NCBI GenBank assembly: GCA_004431415.1
Contig: QPMI01000023.1
Span: 1 to 64,000, forward strand
Direction: 5' to 3'
Origin: Cyanophora paradoxa CCMP329
Lineage: Eukaryota > Plantae > Glaucophyta
DNA length: 64,000 nt
Positions 57,962-64,000 of this stretch are shown in pieces. Numbering within the stretch: the first letter of the stretch is position 1; the number at the start of each line of letters is the position of its first letter. The position numbers and the translations under genes were made by a program. Below the pieces are notes generated by a model, which had not been told where the DNA came from, made no database searches, and worked only from the letters and a program-made list of their open reading frames with translations.

Positions 57962-60900
57962 ATGAGCTCAAAGCCGCTTTATGCAAATGCCCGAAGCTCT
58001 TGCGGGTACGTTGACGTTGCACGATCGCGAGCAGAACACGTCTCACGGCTGAGCATGTTTCAGATTTGGTTTCACGTAAGTTCTCGTCACAACAAGCGCT
58101 TCTACGGCGTGGAATCGGGTCGCGGCGAAAGCTTAAGCCGCGGGCTTTTTCCGCCGGCCCCCGTTCTCGTCGACGAAAACGATGAAGGCAACCCCGTGAC
58201 GCCGCAAGTCCGTCCAGCAGCTGCGAAAAGCGAAAAGGAGCTAGAGGAGAGCCCTTGGCTGGGCGAAGAGGCCCAAAAGGACCTCCTGGGGTGTCCGTGC
58301 ATGCGCAACGAGGGCAGCCCTGATCAGGGCCCTGGGCACCTTCGCAAGGTGTGGAGTGTGTACGCGAGCGGACGGCCCCACCACATGCGGTTCATGTTCG
58401 ATGTGCGTTGCGTTTGAACTTAAATATACTTGCAGCTGCTTATGCTCTGAGCATTAATATTCTAATGTTGACATCGGATTGTACAGGTTCTGAGCGAGGG
58501 CTCTGAAGCTTATCTAGAGGATCTCTCGCTGCGCAACCAACAGAAGAAATCGTTTTGGAGGAATTGCGCCAACTGGTTTCAGACTTACTTCTGTTCCTGT
58601 TTCAACATTAATATGCGCCCTGGGTCCGACAAGACAATCCACTTGCGATCCGTTTTCGTGCGTGCTTTATATCGATTATATAATTATGCATATGTTATGC
58701 AAACCTATAACGTACCTGCCTGCGCGTGCGCAGCGCGGAATCAACAAGCACGGGAGTTTTATAGACTTCAAGGTAGAAAGAATAGGGAGAGGCCTGCTTA
58801 AAACCGCAAGCGACCAGCCGTTTGGGGACCTTTTCCAGCTCCCTGTGAGAGGCGCGCTAACCCTCGAACTTTCAAGGCGAACCTTCCACTGGGTGCGCAT
58901 GCGCTTGCACTGCTAAATTAAATGCTTCATTAATATTGTGCGTGCATGGCCTTTCCACCTATAATGATCGCCGAGTCGTGTTCTTGTCTTTCGCAGGCTT
59001 GGCTCCAGCGCACTTTCTTGGCGCCAACTCTCGACGCAGCAAGGTGCGATAATAAACGCACAAATTCATTTTATCTGATCATGATCGTTTCGATTTGTTC
59101 TTAACACGTAAATAATTACAACTTGTACAGAGAGACGTACTTCAATCAACGCAGCATGAAAGGAAGGCGAAAGGGCCTCGTCCGCGCCCGACGCGGGATC
59201 GGATACTTCGTGCGGCGCCTGACGCGCCACTACCTTGTGTCTGCTGACGAGGCGAGTCTTCTTGAACTCGAACTCGAACTCGCAACTTGAACTCGCGCTC
59301 ACTTCAGCCGTTTATTCGCAGCTGGAAGCTTTCATCGCCAGGCTTGTCAAGGCCCATCGTGTCATGAAGGAGTGGAGGTTCGTTCGTGAGTCGAAGGTTC
59401 TGACAAGCTGAAGTCTTTACATGATCCTTTCGGCCAGGCTGAACGCCGTGATGGCGGCTGGTGATCTCACCTTTGAAAACGACACGTTTGGAGACGGCAA
59501 CTCTGGAGCCGACGCCTGGGTAAACGCGAGCGGCTCGGGCGTCGTCGGCGATTTGGACCAGTGGGCCGTCAGCGCCGTTCTCGAGGCCGGCAAAGACGAA
59601 ATCGAACTGGACGGGTACGCTGTTGATCGTGATTTCGACACACACACATATGTCTCTGGCTAAGGAATTCCAGGTTAAAAGTAAAGCTGAAGGGAAAGAT
59701 TGTCGAGCTCAATGGGCTGGAAGCTGAATTGCAGGAAGAGAAAAAGCAGCTGTCAAAGATCGTGAAGAGTTTTGAACAGCAAGCCGACACAAAACTAGAT
59801 GACGATGCTAAGAATCCGGGCCAGCGGCCTTCGCGACTCGACAGAGCCGAAATCGAAGAGCAAGCGGAGGTCCGCGGAAAGAGGAGCAGCATCCAGGGAA
59901 TACCAGCCAAAGTGCGGCCAGTTGACACTGTTGTCTGGATTCGCATTAATGTCGAGTGATATGTACGTGGCCAGGTACTCGAAGCGAGAGACGAAGTTTT
60001 GGAGCTGCAAGTCAAGGTTCGTTGAAATTGTCCTCTGGCAATTTGCAGCTGCTCAATCAGCTGAGAAGTTATCTCGTCCATGAACGTAGATCGGGGACAA
60101 AACCGATAAGATCACCGCGCTTCGCAGCAAGCTCAAGCAACTGCACGGTTCGTCCATCTTACCCGACGCCCTTCGCTTTGACGAGGTGCGCATACGGCGC
60201 AGCAGATCTTCGCCAGTGTACTAGTACTATAGATTAATGCTTGCGACGCTTTCAACAACACCACATTCACTTATCCGTGTCTGATGCGCAGCTGTGCTAC
60301 CTCGTGCGGCAAGAGGCGCTGCTCCAGTGGGAGGCGCGCGCCGGCGAGGGCATCCGGGACCTCGTCCTCGTCGGCCGGCCCCTCGAGTGGGTCCTGGGCA
60401 CCCGCATCGACGCCGCCGCCCTCGCCCGCGAAACCAAGCGCATGTTCCTCGGTGATCGCCCCGCGACACGCGCCTTATATACGCCTTAAGAGTACATCGC
60501 TGACTCGCTGGTTCAGATTTCTCGCTGGAGTGCTTCGACTACGTGGACGAGACAACCGAGGCGAGAAGCTACGTGCCGCGGCCCATCGACACCCGCGAGA
60601 TCCGCGGCCTCTCGCTGGTGAGCTCGAGTTGTCATAATTATAATTTCGGTCAGGTGGCCTCGCGGTCTTGGCGCTGTAAGCAAATTAAATTTTTACCGCG
60701 TGCGCAGGACCCCGTTACCCGCTTTCCTGCTATTGTCGATTTCGTTGTGAAACACTGGTGCTTCGAGGCTCGGATACTCTATAGATCGCGACTGCACACA
60801 TAAACACTTTATAATTAAACTGATCGCGGATCGCGATATATTGCAGGCTGGACGTCAGGCTCTGGCAGTGGCCCCTCCTGTTCTTGGACGGCGAGTACAA

Positions 60901-62027
60901 CCCGAGGAAGACCTCGTCCTTTCTGAGCCAGGTCGAGCTCTCCGCGCCGAGCATGGACCCCCAGCGCCGCGTGGTGTGGACGCGGGAGCGCCGTGTGACG
61001 TGGGCGTCCAACTGGCTCGAGTGGAACACGGCGACCAGCTGGCCGCCCCAGTTCGGGCCGGTCAACCTCCCCGAAGAAGTCAAGAGAGAGTTGTGCGTAC
61101 TTCAAAACGTGTCAAATTTAACAACTTAGTAATAATAAGATGAACACGTTTGACGGTTTTATGATTCGATGCCGCTCTTGCAGCGGCCAGTTTGGCGAGA
61201 TTTCGGGCGCGGTGGATCCTGTTGAGGTGGGCGCCGGCGCCGGAGCCGGAGCCGCCCCCGCCGCGTCCAGGGCGGGGGCCATGGGGGGGTACCTGAAGGC
61301 GATGTGCTGGGACGACCCCGTCGAGTACCTCCGCAAGATCGCCGCCTGCGGGTGCTTATTATAATCGCACTAAATAACCTCAATAGCAGGAGCGAGCTCT
61401 GATGGATTATAAATGACAGGTTCCATCTGGAGAGTATCGGTGCGAATTCTTCCAATGGCGAATCCGAAGATGCAAAGGATATCAGGCGCTTCGAAGAGCA
61501 CAAGAGGGCGATCCTTTGCGAGCTGCCATGTAAGATGTTTAATTTATACATAGCACATGCATATGTAATTCTCCTTCCAGTCTTCATCTCAACTGCCCTC
61601 TCCAGACCTGCTGGCGCAGTCGAAGCACGCGGAGTTCTGCCGCCGCCTCATCAACGCCGGCTGCCTCGCCCCCACGAAAGAGGAGCTGGACGCTCTGGAG
61701 GCGATGAGCCCCTCGCCCCTGAACGTCGACCCGCCCGTCCTGCCCGCGCTCTACGTCAAGCCCTTCTGCCTGCTCTCCCGCGCCACAAAGGACCTCTACA
61801 TCGCGCTGGTAATATATATAGCTTTGACTGTCGACGTCTTGGTCCGATTCGAATTAAGTGCGTGGACCGGACATGTGCAGGCGACGGCGCAGTTGGAGAA
61901 CCTCCTCGACCTGCTGTACTTCGGCGCCGTCGCCAGGAACAGGCTGGACGACGCGCAGCCCGATGCGAGGGGCGCGGCGCCGCACTTCACCCTCAAGCTG
62001 CGGTTCCTCAGCCGCCTGAAGGTGTAA
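57962..62027 (+). CDS. Hypothetical multi-exon protein with a central coiled coil (possibly two genes)
   Basis: Run of exons with GT-AG introns; coiled coil ELNGLEAELQEEKKQLSKIVKSFEQ; exons of the 3' half are better conserved than introns versus the duplicate at 36.3-50.7 kb. Confidence 0.55.
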
Positions 62028-62169
62028 TTCGATAAACAACAATCACAATGTTGAGTTCGGAAATGCACAAGCAATTTTAAAAAAAGTGCCAACATGTACA
62101 GCGTCAGGGGCGAAGTTAATCGGCGAAAACATCGCTGCGGCGACGAGCAGATCGGGCTATATATATAGG

Positions 62170-64000
62170 CTAAGCGGGGGGGAAGAGGAGGCGGCGGAGG
62201 GCGGCGGCGAGGCCGCGCGCCGCCGCGTCCGCGTCCCCGCCCTCCACGAATTCGAGGGCGCAGGGCTCCCCCTCGGCCCCGGCCCCCAGCATCGCCCTGC
62301 AGCCGGGCGCGCGTCTCAGAGCAAACGTACAAACCAAAGGAAGAGAAGGGGGGCGCACTCGTGGCTCGGGGAGAAGGCGAGGGCCTCGCGGGGCCGGAGG
62401 AGCACGGGCAGCTTCGGGAGCCGCGGCCGCAGGTTGTAGTGCGCGTACTGCCGCCCCGCCCCAACAGCATTAGAGCCAGCCTCGACAACATCGAGCTTGA
62501 AAAGAAGCGCTTATAAACTCTTAATAAAATCGAGTCAACCTCAAGAACCTCGAGCGTTTTAGGAAGTTCTTATAAGAAGCAAAGAAGCTGTTATAAGCAT
62601 CTTAATAGAATCAATTAGCGGACCTTGAGCTCGTCGTCGGCCTCGTTGGAGGCGAGGTAGGCGGGGGAGAGGAAGGCCGCCAGCGCCCGCGCCTGCCCAG
62701 AGCCGCCAGCTCAGCTTAGCTCAGCTCAGCTCAGCTCAGATCAGAAGGGGCGGGGGGCGGGGGGCGGGGGCGGGGGCGGGCCTGGGACATGGCGACGCCG
62801 ACCTCCATGAGCCAGCCCCGCCCGGGCGCCAGGTTCCGGTCCACCCTGCGCGTTCGCCCCGCCCCGCGGCGTCAGGCCCGGCTTCTCCAGGGCGATATGG
62901 ACCTAGGCGGGGGAGGGGCCCGGGGCGCGGGGGCACGCGACAGAGACGCCGCCGCGTCTTATAGTCTTTAGCTGCACCCTTTAATGATCTAACGATCCTT
63001 ACTAAGCTCCGCCCTTGGCGATCTGGACCAAGGCCCAGATCCGGGCGCGGGCGAGTGCGCGCACCAGACGGAGAAGCCGGCGCGCTCGAGGCGCTCGACG
63101 CAGCGCAGCACCAGCTCCCGGTCCTCCGCCGCGTACGACTGCCGAGGTGGGGAGGGGGTACGTGAGCGAAGGGGGGATGGAGGAGGGGGGGGGGGGCGCA
63201 CCACGAAGAGGTCGTACTTCTTCCCGTCGTCCGCCTTCATCGCGCCCCTGAGCGAACGAAGTGAGGATGGGGGGAGGGGGAGGGGGTACGGGGGTATGCG
63301 GGCCGCACCGAATGCGGGTCTCGCCGCAGGCGAAGACGCCGCGGACGCTGTCCACGAGGGAGTGTACCCAGGAAGGGCCCGCGGGGGCGGAGGCCGCGGG
63401 GCCGATCGCGACGGCGGCGTCGGAGGCGGTCCCCGGGCCCGAGGCGGAGGCGGAGGACGAGGAGGGCGTGCCGGGTGGGCCGGAGGGGGCCGACGCCGCA
63501 CGAGAGAGGAGCGCCGGGCTGCCGCAGGAGGTCAAGAGCGGTTCGATAAAAAGAACGGGGAGGTTCTAGATAAATCAAATAGATTGAAAAAGGCTTCAAT
63601 CTCGATCCTAGCCTTTATCTCGGACCTTCATCTTTATCTCTTAGATACAAAGGACGCAGATTTAGATTAGTTAGATAGAGAACAGGGCACGGATTTGTAT
63701 AACAGTTAGACAACAGTTGGAGCTCGGACCAACAGTTAGACAAAAAGGGCTCGGACCTGGCGGGGGTTCCGGAGCGGGCGAGAAGGGAGGGCGAGCCCGG
63801 GACCGGGGCCGCCAGCGCCGCCGCCTCGCGCGCCGCCTCCTGCGCGAACGGAGTGAGGATGGGGGGGGGGGAGCAAGGGACGGAAACGGTGTACCCGGGC
63901 GGCCTCGCGGCGGTGGGCGGAGCGGGAGAGGGCGATCACCTGCGGCCGCCTCAGCGGAGCAGCAGACGCGGGGGCGAGAGGCTTTGAGGTCGCCCCAGTT
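62170..64000 (-). CDS. TIR-domain protein (C-terminal TIR_2-like domain); 5' end beyond the window
   Basis: Spliced by eye: YDLFV|SYAAEDRELVLRCVERLERAGFSVW|VDRNLAPGRGWLMEVGVAMSQ|ARALAAFLSPAYLASNEADDELK|YAHYNLRPRLPKLPVLLRP...LFPPA*. Confidence 0.85.

Overview
GC-rich eukaryotic (protist/alga-like) genomic DNA with many short (~50-70 nt) GT-AG and some GC-AG introns. Many apparent frameshifts fall in homopolymers and are probably long-read indel errors. Layout: (1) 1-~11.2 kb, a virus-like gene island with an intron-containing D5/SF3-type helicase, orphan genes, an intronless YqaJ/lambda-exonuclease and a diverged ORF pair, ending in an inverted-repeat-rich segment. (2) 12.5-35.5 kb, one giant multi-exon cell-surface membrane protein gene (signal peptide, Kelch, three near-identical ~2.5-kb repeats of LamG-like domains with Ser-Pro linkers, Ig-like repeats, vWA, multi-TM C-terminus). 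(3) 36.3-50.9 kb, a pseudogenised duplicate of the 60.3-62.3 kb block, carrying a solo LTR and an intact, very young 12.2-kb Ty3/Gypsy element. (4) A polycystin-2-like channel, an orphan gene and a TIR-domain gene. The most striking system is the retrotransposon leader. It holds two antisense tRNA-like (A/B-box) units, each coupled to a copy of the tRNA-Asp-type primer-binding site (PBS), and the 3' UTR holds two anti-PBS 12-mers. The element also has a huge atypical Gag-protease ORF and a -1 frameshift signal (slippery site plus pseudoknot) placed after the protease.
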